Assembly: GCA_030141605.1 (NCBI GenBank)
Contig: JAQGDQ010001220.1
Location: 1-54,366 of the forward strand
Origin: Tubiluchus corallicola
Taxonomy: Eukaryota > Animalia > Priapulida
DNA length: 54,366 nt
Reading direction: 5' to 3'
Shown here piece after piece: positions 11,348 through 23,308 of this stretch; position 1 is the stretch's first letter, and the number at the start of each line of letters is the position of its first letter. Both the position numbers and the translations under genes were made by a program. The notes under the pieces were generated by a model. It was not told the DNA's origin. It searched no databases and saw nothing but the letters and a program-made list of their open reading frames with translations.

Positions 11348-12706
11348 AATTGCACAATTTTGTTAATCTCATGCAGAATTGATATCTGTTAATTATATGT
11401 AATATTTTATCATAGTTCTCTGAAGAGATATTTTATTATTGTAAAGCTTTAATTTAAGAGATTCACCTGTGATTGTTTAAGAGATGTAATGTTGCCAGTT
11501 TTTGAGTTGGATGAGGTAACCTCTTTGCTTAAAGAAGGTCGTCTTTAGTAGTAATTCAGTATTGTTTCTCCTAATGACATTTTCGGATGTTTATAAAAAA
11601 GCCGTTTAAATCTAATCATTCGGACAGTTATTAGTGCCGCTTTCTTAATGGGTCAAATAAGCGCAGCATTTAATGATCGATGTAACTGTTGTATACAAAT
11701 TGAACCGGGGCCGGAACTAGATGTGGCAAGCAGGGGGGGGGGGGCGCAAAAATTTTCTGGGGGGGGGGGGCGAGGTATCCGAAGTGGTTAAATAATGGTT
11801 AAGCCAATTTTTAACCCCTTTTATACTGCATGCAGGCCTATAATTAGCATGTGTGTAGGACGGCGTAGCGGACAGAGCAATAATGAGAAAATTAACTCTC
11901 AGTTAGCCTAACGTTATTAATGTGCCTCTAACTAAATTGTTATTTACAGAAATTTATCACACACAAGTTTTAAGAAAATAATACACTGAAGCTACCAAAC
12001 ATTTTTTTACCTAATTCTAATTCATATTGAAAATGATTACATGTGACCTGCAATTTTCACTGCAAAAATTATTTGTCCGATTTTGTGGATTGCGCAAATT
12101 TTGACGGCAAGTCCCCCCCCCCCGCCAGTTCCTGAACTGAACTTTTCCTGTTGTATGAAGATTTTCAGTACCAAGTGCTCTGTCTCTCTTTTATGAACAA
12201 ACATACCTAGTATAAATATATGCATTGCATTTTTTTACTTTTGGCTAGATCATTTAATTTTATTATTCTTTTGTAGTAGGTGTGTGAAAATTGCACAAGC
12301 AATATTTAATGCTTCCATAATTGTGAAATTATCTGTGTAGTGCACAGTTTATTTTCAAGTAGGTGTGTAAAAATTGCACAAGCAGTATTTAATGCTTCCA
12401 TATAATTGTGAAATTATTCAGCTGGTGCACAAGGTGATGTACTATAATGTAGATATGTATATTTTGGGTATTATGATTTGTATAATAATTTAGGATTATT
12501 ATTTTAGCTCTATTTATGTAAGCTAATTATGTATCTGGCCTCGATACCTGTGAGCAGCTTATGCAGGAATACAAAGAACGATATTTTTGATAGCTATAAA
12601 ATGCTTAACGTGAAAATATTAGTTTTGATATGCAGGGCTAAATGATGGTTGAATTGCTGACGAATGATTTTTGCTACGCAGTTTAGCTGTTGTGTTTGAC
12701 ACAACT
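11348..12706 (+). repeat. Segmental duplication, copy B (matches 1-1275)
   Basis: Same sequence as 1-1275, including the hAT MITE (11706-12134); has an extra internal tandem duplication around 12270-12420. Confidence 0.95.
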
Positions 12707-14004
12707 GGTCTAAAATGGCTACAGTATTGTGCATTTCAGAGACATGTACTGTTAAATTTATTCCTTACGCAAGCATTGTTATCACACAGTTATGCATATT
12801 GTTTGGTACCACTTCCTACCGTGTCATATTTGGGCTTAAACGAATCAGTGAAACATCAATGTTTTCCGCACACTGTGGTCAATTTAATGAGAGATTCATG
12901 TGTAAATCGCTCGTAAACATTTGTCTTTAGCTCTTTTTGAAGTTGAAGGCTCATATTTTTAAATTTTTGTTCCGAGTGTACTCGTGCATGTAATGCTTTT
13001 TTGTGTTGTTGCTCTTTAATTTCAACTTGAAATTCGGGGTTGCTTTTTCTGCCACAAAAACACAGATACTATTAAGCTTTGTGAACGTGAATTACTAAAA
13101 ATGATTAGGCTGTGTCACTGTTCTGTTAAGTGAGCATTCAAAATTAAAAAAATGCTGTATACTTAAGGGTTCGATAATCGGGGTAAATTATTCACAGTAT
13201 GACCTGTTTTTATCATCGTGACAAATGATTTTAAGTTAATTGTAAAAACTGTTGAAAGATTGAAATAAAATCATGAACATAAGTATCGTGTTTCTTCTTA
13301 TTAAATCTTGTTTTCAAAGAAATTGACTTGAAGTTCTAACTTACTCCTTTATTGAATCCTAACAAATGAATACTCTTACACATACTAAACTACACTTCAA
13401 ATTAAACATACCATTACTTACCTTAAGACGCTTGCCTAGCATTTACCTGTTACTCTGCTTAAGTAAGGACTGAAGAAACAGTTTTTTTACAGGTAAATCT
13501 GCATCAGTATTATTATCTTGCTGACTGAACCTAAGAAGTTTCAAGTATCACTTTTCATTCTAGCCGTGTGGATTATGTGGGTGCACCTAAGTGGGTACAC
13601 AATCAGTATTTGAATCTCCACACACATGCAATACACATTAACAACAGGCAGATGCATTTCGTGATTGAATTTTGGAGTAAAGAGTTTGCACATATTAAAA
13701 GCTTGAATTCTTAAAATAAATACAGATGCAGTTTTATGTGGTAAAAAACAAACAATGAAAAATCAATTCAATCAATATCGCTCCAGTCTATCATACTACC
13801 AGAGAATGGCATCAATGGAAACATTGCATTATTTGCTTGACTTAGATTAGTTGTGGCATTATTGTAGCGTGAATTCGTCTGGATGCTCCTCTGTCTGGAA
13901 TTTTGAAATGACAGCAATTAAATGCTAAAAATCTTTTCGTTTTGTAATGAAGACATCGATGCCTGAAGGTTTCCGGATTGACTCTTGGTGCTCGTTGGCA
14001 GTTG

Positions 14005-14881
14005 CTAATAAATATTGGCCATGTGGTTGGAACCAGGCATCTCCTTGCGGTACTGGAATTCACCATGTTGTTGTGCAGAGACTAGAAAAGCTTGATCTGC
14101 TAATGAAATTGTCCTTACGTATGACAGAGATTCCATATTTGTTTCAGGGAAACCACTTGTTGTAGTTGACATGGCAACAGTTATTGCGGATCTGCTTTTC
14201 GTAGATGGCAATGAGATTTTTTGACGTTTAGCACTGGGAATATCACTTTGACCGCTGTTGACCGGAAGTCTGTTTGCCTGTAAATGAGTGGAATGACTAT
14301 ATTGTGGCAAAGTGTTGGTAGCAGTCGTCCATCTGGGTACGTGAGTATAACTATAGAGAGACATGGGTATTGAGGCTGGATTGTTAGATGTAGGCATCGC
14401 TACAGAATGAAGCATACTCAATGTTTTGTCTCCATGAACTGGCAGGTTTTGCACCTGCTGATGCTGCAGCTGCTGAGAATTTCTTCTGAAGAATGATGTT
14501 GCAGGTTTTATTGCTGTACTAAATTCCACGGAATGAAGCGAACCGGGATTTGGCGTTGACGTTTCTTTTTCTTGGCTAGTTATTATTGCAGTCGATCCAA
14601 AAGATGCCAGAGTATCATTAGCAGTATTCATCTGCTCCAAGTATTGGTTTCTTTTAATTAACGAAGTTTGGGTGTTGGTGGCAGGTGTAGCTTCTTGTAT
14701 CAATTGAGTTGACATCCATTGTGTATTCATGGTATTGCTTGGTGGCGCATCTCTAGGTGTCGCTGCGATATTTTGTGGCTGCATGCTAGGCAGGGCCATG
14801 AAAGCACTCCTACCATTAGCTGTAGAATGCAAAGGGGTTTGAAACGTCGTTGATGAAAGTGTAGTCGCAAAGTGATGCAAG
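14005..14881 (-). CDS. PRD-class homeobox gene, last coding exon (Ser/Thr/Gln/Pro-rich C-terminal region)
   Basis: tttcag| acceptor at 14883-14882; phase 2 joins the 15428 donor (AA+C = Asn); open for 291 codons to TAG. Confidence 0.82.
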
Positions 14882-15089
14882 CTGAAATATAAAAGAATAT
14901 TAAGGTTTACACATCATTAATTGCACTGCACGTTGTTATGCTTATGTATTTTTCAATTCAATTTTTTCTCAATAGAATGCTTATGTATTTTTGTTAGTTT
15001 AAAGGCACATACTTTATTAATTTGCATCTAATAACAGGCTTGTGATTACCTTCAAATGCCGTTTGCACATTGCTATGTATCCTACATAT

Positions 15090-15368
15090 GTATATATACA
15101 TATTTACCATTAAAATACATTGATAATCACTGATAAAAACATTACAGAGATGATCAATCAGTGTTAGTTAATAAAAACTTACACTGCTAAAGGCAAATGC
15201 GTCAGTGCAATCTAAACTACTGTGCAGTAATGGAAAGTAACGACGAATAAAATCAAACATATTTACAACTATGCACAAAAAATGAAAAAACTATGATTTA
15301 ATTAATATGGCCGTGGATATATGAATTCTGAATTTGTGTGCGTACTGGTGTGATGGTATTTCATATCT
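15090..15368 (-). mobile_element. LINE 3'-end fragment, same family as 42880-43710
   Basis: Reverse complement of ~43425-43710, with a (TA)n tail. Confidence 0.75.
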
Positions 15369-15427
15369 ATGTTGTGTTAATTTGTGTAGCGTAGAGATAT
15401 TCTTATATAATTATACGTATGATTTAC

Positions 15428-15624
15428 TTAGTTGTTGGTCCCATTTGTCTTGGAATGTCTTGCTCACATGTTGAAGCAGGAGGAGAGAGCACGTGATTGG
15501 CTTCCGCAGTAATGGCGTCATTATGACGTAGCTGCGCGTCAAAGATCTGTTTTCTCATCCACTTCACTTTTTCTTTTCCGTTGTTGATCTTGCTAAACTT
15601 TGCTCGTCTATTTTGAAACCATAT
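15428..15624 (-). CDS. PRD-class homeobox gene, exon with recognition helix (IWFQNRRAKFSK...)
   Basis: tttcag| acceptor directly before homeodomain residue 47; WFQNRRAK; donor AA|gtaaat. Confidence 0.92.
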
Positions 15625-15925
15625 CTGAAATGTTTTAGGATTTTTGTTATGCAGCATTGCCTCACGACAGGTAAATTTTCTGTAAATTCTTAAGCAATGG
15701 AGTGCCATGCAGAGCCGGGTTAAGACCTAAAGAGGCCCTAAGAAGAGGCCCTAATCCACTGAGAAGATTATAGCGCCCCCAAATATGTGTAATTCAGAAT
15801 CAAAACAATATTAAACTGCAAATAAAGTTATATGTTTTGAAAGTGAAAAACAGTTAGAGCAAGGTTTAGCTGCTTTTAGCAAATGCTAGGGCAGTCAAAA
15901 GCAACATTTTCCTGTTTTCAGTATC

Positions 15926-16254
15926 TGTTGTGGAGATCGCTGGCATCAATTAGAATTACATAGAACATTTCTATGTATATTGTAGAATGTTCCGTCGGAA
16001 TGATCGTCTTACCGTCTAGAATGTTCTCGAACATTAGTTCTGGAAGTTTCTTCCGCGCGCTATATAAGGCAAAGCAGGCCGCCGACACGGGGGCACACAG
16101 AGCACGAAGATTTCGCACGGACATGTATTTGTATACTTACATACTTAAGCGTTTTCCAGATTTTCACGTTTACAGTAATCGTTTCTCGTTTACTTATCAT
16201 TTAAGAATATAGTTTTAATGAAGTATGAATTTATTTCATATACATCAAAATACA
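15926..16254 (+). mobile_element. Solo LTR, related to 44861-45203
   Basis: Starts TGTTGTGGAGATC like the other LTR; internal TATATAAGG; ends ...ACA; flanks gtatc / atatc (4/5); right end uncertain. Confidence 0.7.
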
Positions 16255-16293
16255 ATATCAAACACATTAATAAACAATAAAATAAAATGATTC

Positions 16294-17245
16294 GAGTAGT
16301 GCGAGGTGAGTGTACGACCATACGGTCATTAACACACTCACCTTACTTAAATGAAAAAATGATTATAGTTATGCGTGCTTCTGTAGATAACTTAATGTAA
16401 ATAAGGATGAAGTAAATGATGTAATAATTTGAGTAGTGCGAGGTGTGTGTACGACCATACGGTCATTAACACACTCATCTTACTTAAATGAAAAAATGAT
16501 TATAGTTATGCGTGCTTCTGTAGATAACTTAATGTAAATAAGGATGAAGTAAATGATGTAATAATTTGAGTAGTGCGAGGTGAGTGTACGACCATACGGT
16601 CATTAACACACTCACCTTACTTAAATGAAAAAATGATTATAGTTATGCATGCTTCTGTAGATAACTTAATGTAAATAAGGATGAAGTAAATGATGTAATA
16701 ATTTGAGTAGTGCGAGGTGAGTGTACGACCATACGGTCATTAACACACTCACCTTACTTAAATGAAAAAATGATTATAGTTATGCATGCTTCTGTAGATA
16801 ACTTAATGTAAATAAGGATGAAGTAAATGATGTAATAATTTGAGTAGTGCGAGGTGAGTGTACGACCATACGGTCATTAACACACTCACCTTACTTAAAT
16901 GAAAAAATGATTATAGTTATGCATGCTTCTGTAGATAACTTAATGTAAATAAGGATGAAGTAAATGATGTAATAATTTGAGTAGTGCGAGCTGAGTGTAC
17001 GACCATACGGTCATTAACACACTCACCTTACTTAAATGAAAAAATGATTATAGTTATGCATGCTTCTGTAGATAACTTAATGTAAATAAGGATGAAGTAA
17101 ATGATGTAATAATTTGAGTAGTGCGAGGTGAGTGTACGACAGTCATTAACACACTCACCTTACTTAAATGAAAAACTGATTATAGTTATGCATGCTTCTG
17201 TAGATAACTTAATGTAAATAAGAATGAAGTAAATGATGTAATAAT
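16294..17245. repeat. 137-bp tandem repeat, ~7 copies, in a homeobox intron
   Basis: gagtagtgcgaggtg recurs at 16294, 16431, 16568, 16705 and onward; copies nearly identical. Confidence 0.95.
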
Positions 17246-18169
17246 ATCAATGGTATGAAAGCAATAAACCTGAAAGTTAAGAAAGGAAAACATAATATGT
17301 AATTACGACTTTGAGTGAGCCTTAAAGAGTGAAAATTTTTTTTAAACAGTTACGAATATGAATTATGTGATTATCTGTCAATGTACCACTTACTCGTATT
17401 ACAATGCACCATATTGCTTACTTATATATATATATATATATTGTATATGTATGTATATTGTATATGTATATATATACTCAAATTTAAGTGGGGGAGAAGA
17501 GATTAAATTATACACTATACTTATAGTAATGACTATAATTGTATAGAACATTTAAATATAATTGATGGTAGTAATGTGAATCGCAATACACACCATCCCC
17601 ATCAATCTCCATTCTTCGCATTATTTTCCCCCAACGTTTATTACTACTACTAACCTTCTCTTTTTCACATTTTCAGAAAGCTTTTACAAGCTGTCAGCCT
17701 CTTCAGCGCTCTGTAGTACAATATGTACGAGGCTATGTTAATTTTTCTGATTTGATGTTAATTATTTTCTTATTTTGGCTATTTTATTTTTTGTACATAA
17801 TGTTTGTTCTGTAGTGTTCTGTGCTGTACTGATGTGAAAAATTATTATTATTATTATTATTTTAAAAAACCGTCCTATTTGTTAATTCACGTCATCACAC
17901 GTTCAGATAAGCTTGTGAGTGTGTAGTGCACCCTATCGGAACGGCTGTGATCGACACTTTGACACATACTGTAGTTATGTTTTAGTCACGAGTTGCACTA
18001 ACTGTAATTAAGTGTGTGTCAGGCATATCGAACAAGGTAGTTATTGGTGGTGTCACTGTTTCGATTTATTTGACTTTTCTTTGCCATATATGTAATAACA
18101 AGCATCGCAGCAATGCTACGTATCCTATTTGCTTCAAAGGAAAATAAAAACTCAAAGATGAAGTGTTAC

Positions 18170-18271
18170 CTCTATTTTCTCTTCGGGTAAGTTCATTTTA
18201 TTCGCCAGAGTTTCTCTAATGGATGCGTCTGGATAATGAGATGCAGAGAATACATATTCCAGTGCTTCTGT
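18170..18271 (-). CDS. PRD-class homeobox gene, homeodomain residues 13-46 (TEALEYVFSASHYPDASIRETLANKMNLPEEKIE)
   Basis: ttttag| acceptor and GAG|gtaaca donor; 102 nt, phase 0/0; L16, F20, YPD, R31, L34 and L40 conserved. Too short for the ORF track. Confidence 0.92.
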
Positions 18272-18584
18272 CTAAAACAAATGTCGCGTAAAGATGAAGC
18301 GATGAATTTCGAACTGCAAGCAAAATGTACTTCAAATGTGTTTGTGATCCGTTTGAGAAAGTACCTCTTTATTTAGATTAATGTAATTTCGCTAATATTT
18401 TTTGTGTCAGTGGGTGAGGGCCAGGGTAAGACTGAAAATCACCGAAACAAAATTTCGATTACACGGCACCTTACAATGTCACAAAAGCAAAATTAAAGCA
18501 CGCTAGTCGTTGTAAAATTAACAACAAATGATAAAAATATATAAAAATAAAAACTCAACATTGTATCCGCGTCATCTGTTAAAT

Positions 18585-18658
18585 GTCAGCCAGGAATTGA
18601 ACCCGCTCCTCCTGGATAGGAAGCAGGCACACTGCCAATGAGGTACATCAGCCGGGCA
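18585..18658 (-). mobile_element. tRNA-derived SINE head
   Basis: Minus strand gcccggctgatgtacctcattggc...gggttcaattcctggctgac, with A/B-box-like motifs but no proper cloverleaf. Confidence 0.55.
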
Positions 18659-19045
18659 ACACTAACTTTTTTGTCGTCAGACTTTATAGGTAGTTCATAG
18701 TTTCACATACAAACGCTAAATATTCAAGCATTAGTGTAGCTGACTTAGCTTTTTTTGTTAATCTTGGTTACAAATTCGTGCACGAGGCGCCATCTGTGGC
18801 GGGAATGTAAAGCTTTTGGTTTTGGCCAGTTTTTCTGTTTGTTACCTGCTAGTCACCTGTCTGTTTTACTCACCTGTGCTCTGAACAGTCAGGTTAATCC
18901 ACTTTATGGGATGGGAGACATTCATGTACTGATTATTACAATAAAGCATTCAGTGGTATTAACCTCTGTTGACAGTGTTTCTGTAACTACAATTAGGGTA
19001 TAATCAGTCTATAACAAAATCAGCAGCAACAGTACAATTGTTTCC

Positions 19046-19104
<59 letters not shown>

Positions 19105-20052
19105 ACTCGAGTATAACATTGTTATAGTAGCAACAACATCCACAACAACAATATACCGTCGACAACAACGGTAACGGCACTAGTCATAAGACTATTTTGT
19201 CATAGTTAAAGGAAGACTGATATGTCATAATTTTAAAGGAAGACTGATTTTTCATATAACCTATTTTCAAGTTAGATAAAAATGTATGAAAATGTAAACA
19301 GGTACAATAATTTAAACTAAAAAGTTTTGAATTTGAAGATTTTTTGAGTTGTTGTTGTGAACAGAATTTAAAGGAAGACAGGATGATTTTTCATATACTA
19401 TCCCATTTTCCAGTCCGGTAAAAAGTATACATTTTAACATAATTAATACTGCTAAGGTGTTTCTGATAATTAAATAATAGATTAAGAAGTTAATTAACGG
19501 CGAGCGAGCCCAACTACTTACGACATCACAAACTAACATAATTTTCAACAGCAGAAATATTCCACAAGCGTTTTGCACTTGTTTGTGAAAGCAAATTCAA
19601 TTACATAGCTACTGAAAAATATTAAGTGTGTTGTACTAAAACTAAACAAGTTTTAAGATAAAAATTCAAATTTACCGCTGTGCTCACGCAAGATCTAACG
19701 AACGTGTGTAGCTCGTCACAAACTAACACATCTGAACTGAGAGGTACAGCACCTGTTTTTTGTGCAACGCTTTCCGAAATGCAGGCGTTAGTGTCCGTCT
19801 AACTAGCGAATGGTGAAATGCGTGTAACACCGAAGAACTAGTGGCGCGAACGTGAAATTGTGATTGCGTGGTAATAATTCTTTCACGTAATTCTATTATA
19901 TAGCACATTTCTTTTCAGTATTTTAAAGAGCAGATGGTTTTGGCCTACAGTTTAAGATTGGATCTGATTTTGCTTTGAAATTGTTGACAAAATTAAGTTT
20001 CCGTTTATGATGCTTTGCACGAGTCTCCACGTATCTCATATCTATGTCTTAC

Positions 20053-20231
20053 CTGGGCGGCAGTAAAAGACGTTTTATTCTTCGCTGTGATGCTTCTTCT
20101 GCTGTTTACGGAACCTCTTCTCTTTGCTGTTGTTCTTGTTGGTTTTCCTATTGTTGTTGTTTTCATTTCCGGCGGAAGTGAAGTTTTCGTAGAAGTAGAA
20201 ATGCTTGGTAACAACTCAGTGGCACGAACAC
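20053..20231 (-). CDS. PRD-class homeobox gene, exon ending in the homeodomain N-terminal arm (...TAKNKTSFTAAQ)
   Basis: Strong donor CAG|gtaaga, phase 0 onto the 18271 exon; exon starts at 20231 (cag) or 20243 (gag), both phase 1. Confidence 0.85.
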
Positions 20232-21209
20232 CTGTCACGTTGTCTCCACAAATAAAAGTAAAGCTGACATTAATGGAGATCAAATGGCAATTAAATTTCA
20301 TTTTAAAAAGCAATGAACGTAATGCAACGTTTCGTGGTGTAAATTTCGGACTTAGATTTAAAAAATCATTTATACTAGATTTAAAAAAATGCTAAAAAAT
20401 CAAATTTTAAGTAAGTATCAGTGAGTAATCAAAATTTCTATCAGTATCCATCCTCACAGTAGTTGCAAAACAGTGGCGTTATCTTAATCAAGTTATCTTA
20501 ATTTTACATACTATTAACAAATAATAGTCTTTCTATCTTTTATATCATCTCATATATGAGCTTCATTCATTACATCATTCCATTTTAAGCACTAATGTTT
20601 TTTTATCATACGATTCACTTTAAATTTTCAGATTATTTCTATTACTTTTTTTCTATCACTGTGTGGGACAATGTAACAAGCCCTGCTTTTTGATTGCCCA
20701 CAACACATTTACATTCGTATATAAGTGAACAGTGTTTGAGGCTTTTCCTGTGCAGTATTTCTTATTTGTATTAAGTTCATTGTAGGCCGTTTCACTATAT
20801 ATTGTACATGAAATTATTGTAAATGTGTAATGTGAAATAAATGACTTATGATTGCAACCACGCAGTCTTGAGTTCGAGACTTAAATCAGCCTCAGGACCC
20901 TGCAAGTTATTCGCTATTTGTGTGTTGTGTCCTTACCTGTAGTGTAATAGTGGAATTCGCCAAATAGCCGTAGTGCTAATGTTGTTAGTTAAATGACCGA
21001 CGGTAAATAAATCTTTGTGTCTTTTTGTTTGTTTTTTAAATAAATTCGCCGATGCTTAAATCCCTGATTTGATCGATTAAATTGATCGATCCCCAAATTT
21101 CGAGAGCTCAGATTTGCTTTTACTGAGCACAGACAGTTGAATCATATGCAACAAGCTTATATATATATATGTGAAAATAAAAATAAGACATCACTTACAG
21201 AAAAAAATC

Positions 21210-22030
21210 AACGTTGTAAAGTAGAAAATGTTGTAATGTTGTAAGCACCAATGTTGTAACAAGCAATGTTGTAAAGTAGAAAATGTTGCATTGTTGTAAG
21301 CGTCAATGTTGTAAAGTAGAAAATGTTGTAATGTTGTAAGCACCAATATTGTAACAAGCAATGTTGTAAAGATGAAAATGTTGTAATGTTGTTAGCACCA
21401 ATATTGTAACAAGGAATGTTGTAAAGTAGAAAATGTTGTAATGTTGTAAGCACCAATGTTGTAACAAGCAATGTTGTAAAGTAGAAAATGTTGTAATGTT
21501 GTAAGCACCAATGTTGTAACAAGCAATGTTGTAAAGTAGAAAATGTTGTAATGTTGTTAGCACCAATGTTGTAACAAGCAATGTTGTAAAGTAGAAAATG
21601 TTGTAATGTTGTAAGCACTAATGTTGTAACAAGCAATGTTGTAAAGTAGAAAATGTTGTAATGTTGTAAGCACCAATATTGTAACAAGCAATGTTGTAAA
21701 GTAGAAAATGTTGTAATGTTGTAAGCACCAATATTGTAACAAGGAATGTTGTAAAGTAGGAAATGCTGTAATGTTGTAAGCACCAATGTTGTAACAAGCA
21801 ATGTTGTAAAGTAGAAAATGTTGTAATGTTGTAAGCACCAATGTTGTAACAAGCAATGTTGTAAAGTAGGAAATGCTGTAATGTTGTTAGCACCAATGTT
21901 GTAACAAGCAATGTTGTAAAGTAGAAAATGTTGTAATGTTGTAAGCACCAATGTTGTAACAAGCAATGTTGTAAAGTAGAAAATGTTGTAATGTTGTAAG
22001 CACCAATGTTGTAACAAGCAATGTTGTAAC
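21210..22030. repeat. 55-bp minisatellite built from aatgttgt subunits, ~15 copies
   Basis: Unit aatgttgtaaagtagaaaatgttgtaatgttgtaagcaccaatgttgtaacaagc; source of the 373-aa ORF. Confidence 0.95.
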
Positions 22031-22183
22031 AGATAAAAGATAACAACTATCGTAAAGACGGTGATTTTGTGACCATCTTTGCGTGAGAGTTGCTTAGGCT
22101 CAACCAATTCTGAACAAAGCTTCGAAAAAGAGCACCTTCGTGAGAGGTAGGTTTCGTAAACCTGGCAACTCTGAATTACGAGG

Positions 22184-22334
22184 CTAATCTGGCCATGAAT
22201 ATAATTGTTGACTATGCTAGTGGGGGCTTTGAATACTGGATTTTGGTTTGGAATGTACCGAAATGTATGAAAAGAAATTATGTAAGTACAGCGTGAAACA
22301 CAAAAGAAGATCAATACGCAACAACACAAACTCT
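22184..22334. repeat. ~150-bp repeat, inverted partner of 25697-25848
   Basis: Reverse complement aligns with 25697-25848; both translate as ...FRYIPNQNPVF...IVNNYIHG in the ORF track. Confidence 0.9.
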
Positions 22335-22530
22335 GAAGTAATGGCTAATGGTCGACCAAATGTGCAGGTTCCTGATTTCCCAAAGCTGTAATCCATTGAC
22401 CTTCCCCTCTGGATTCACTTCTGTTCATGTTTTCACATATTAGCTTAGTGTAGTCGATAAAGGTAGTTCAATCCTAATGTAGATCTAAAATTTGTTTTGT
22501 AAAATATTAAAAGTAGTCAATGGCATCGAC

Positions 22531-22824
22531 CATAGGCGTACGGGCCGATTTTTCCAGGGAGGAGGGGCGGTGGGCTGAGCCACTTTTGCCCGAAAACTAC
22601 GGCGCCAAGCCGAAAAAAGTCCGAAGTCGGGAATTGTCTCACCCTATCCCATGATCACAAAAATTTCAGGCACTTCCTTTGGCGGTATGGAGAAATTTCC
22701 AGATTTCCTTTTATGAAAAAAAAATTCATTATTTGTCCGGTATCCGAAAAATTTGGTGATTATTCGAATCGGGGGGGGGGGGGGATGTCTGCAATTATCT
22801 AGGCCCCTGGCTCGTACGCCTACG
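22531..22824. mobile_element. hAT-type MITE
   Basis: TIRs cataggcgtacg / cgtacgcctacg; TSD gcatcgac / gcatcaac (7/8). Confidence 0.85.
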
Positions 22825-22867
22825 GCATCAACAGTAGAAAGCCACTGGATGTGGTCGGAAGTGGTGC

Positions 22868-23009
22868 TGACAAGCCACTGGCGTAGCAGTGTCTAGTTTG
22901 TTTTGCTGGATTACTGCTGCGTTTACCTGTCTGAAGGCAGATTTCTCTTATTTTAGAATTCTGCCTGTCCAATGTCTACAATAGACGTGACGGGCGTATG
23001 ATGATGATG
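22868..23009 (+). repeat. Dispersed repeat with (GAT)n tail, copy 2
   Basis: Aligns with 8854-8993. Confidence 0.75.
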
Positions 23010-23037
23010 AGTACAATGCCACGAATACATGTATTAC

Positions 23038-23219
23038 CATTATTCATGTAATTGTTGTCGTCTGTGTTGTACGTTGGTAGAATTTCGTGTCCTCGCTCTG
23101 GCCCGCCATGATTGTGCACCAATTCTCCAGGCTCAATGAGCGATGTGGAAATGTTGGGCAGGGTGACACGAGGAGGCGTGTTCTCCTTTTCTATAGATTC
23201 ACCGCTATTTTCGCTCCTC
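23038..23219 (-). CDS. Candidate upstream exon of the homeobox gene (RSENSGESIEKENTPPRVTLP...YMNNG)
   Basis: ttttgtcgctag| acceptor; G|gtaata phase-1 donor compatible with the 20231 exon; open frame with higher GC than flanks; no homology recognised. Confidence 0.55.
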
Positions 23220-23263
23220 CTAGCGACAAAAATAATTAAAGAAATCACAAAACTCTATATTAC

Positions 23264-23308
<45 letters not shown>

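Noticed and set aside
13768-14007. Alternative genetic code with TAA/TAG read as Gln
   Set aside because: Wnt16 ends in TAA exactly at its conserved C-terminus, and no conserved exon contains an internal TAR codon.
15625-15708. N-terminal part of the 94-aa ORF as the homeobox start
   Set aside because: It is intronic; a good acceptor precedes IWFQ, and helices 1-2 are encoded at 18170-18271.
21208-22329. 373-aa ORF, the longest in the track
   Set aside because: Mostly the 55-bp minisatellite plus a dispersed repeat; no domain or splice support.
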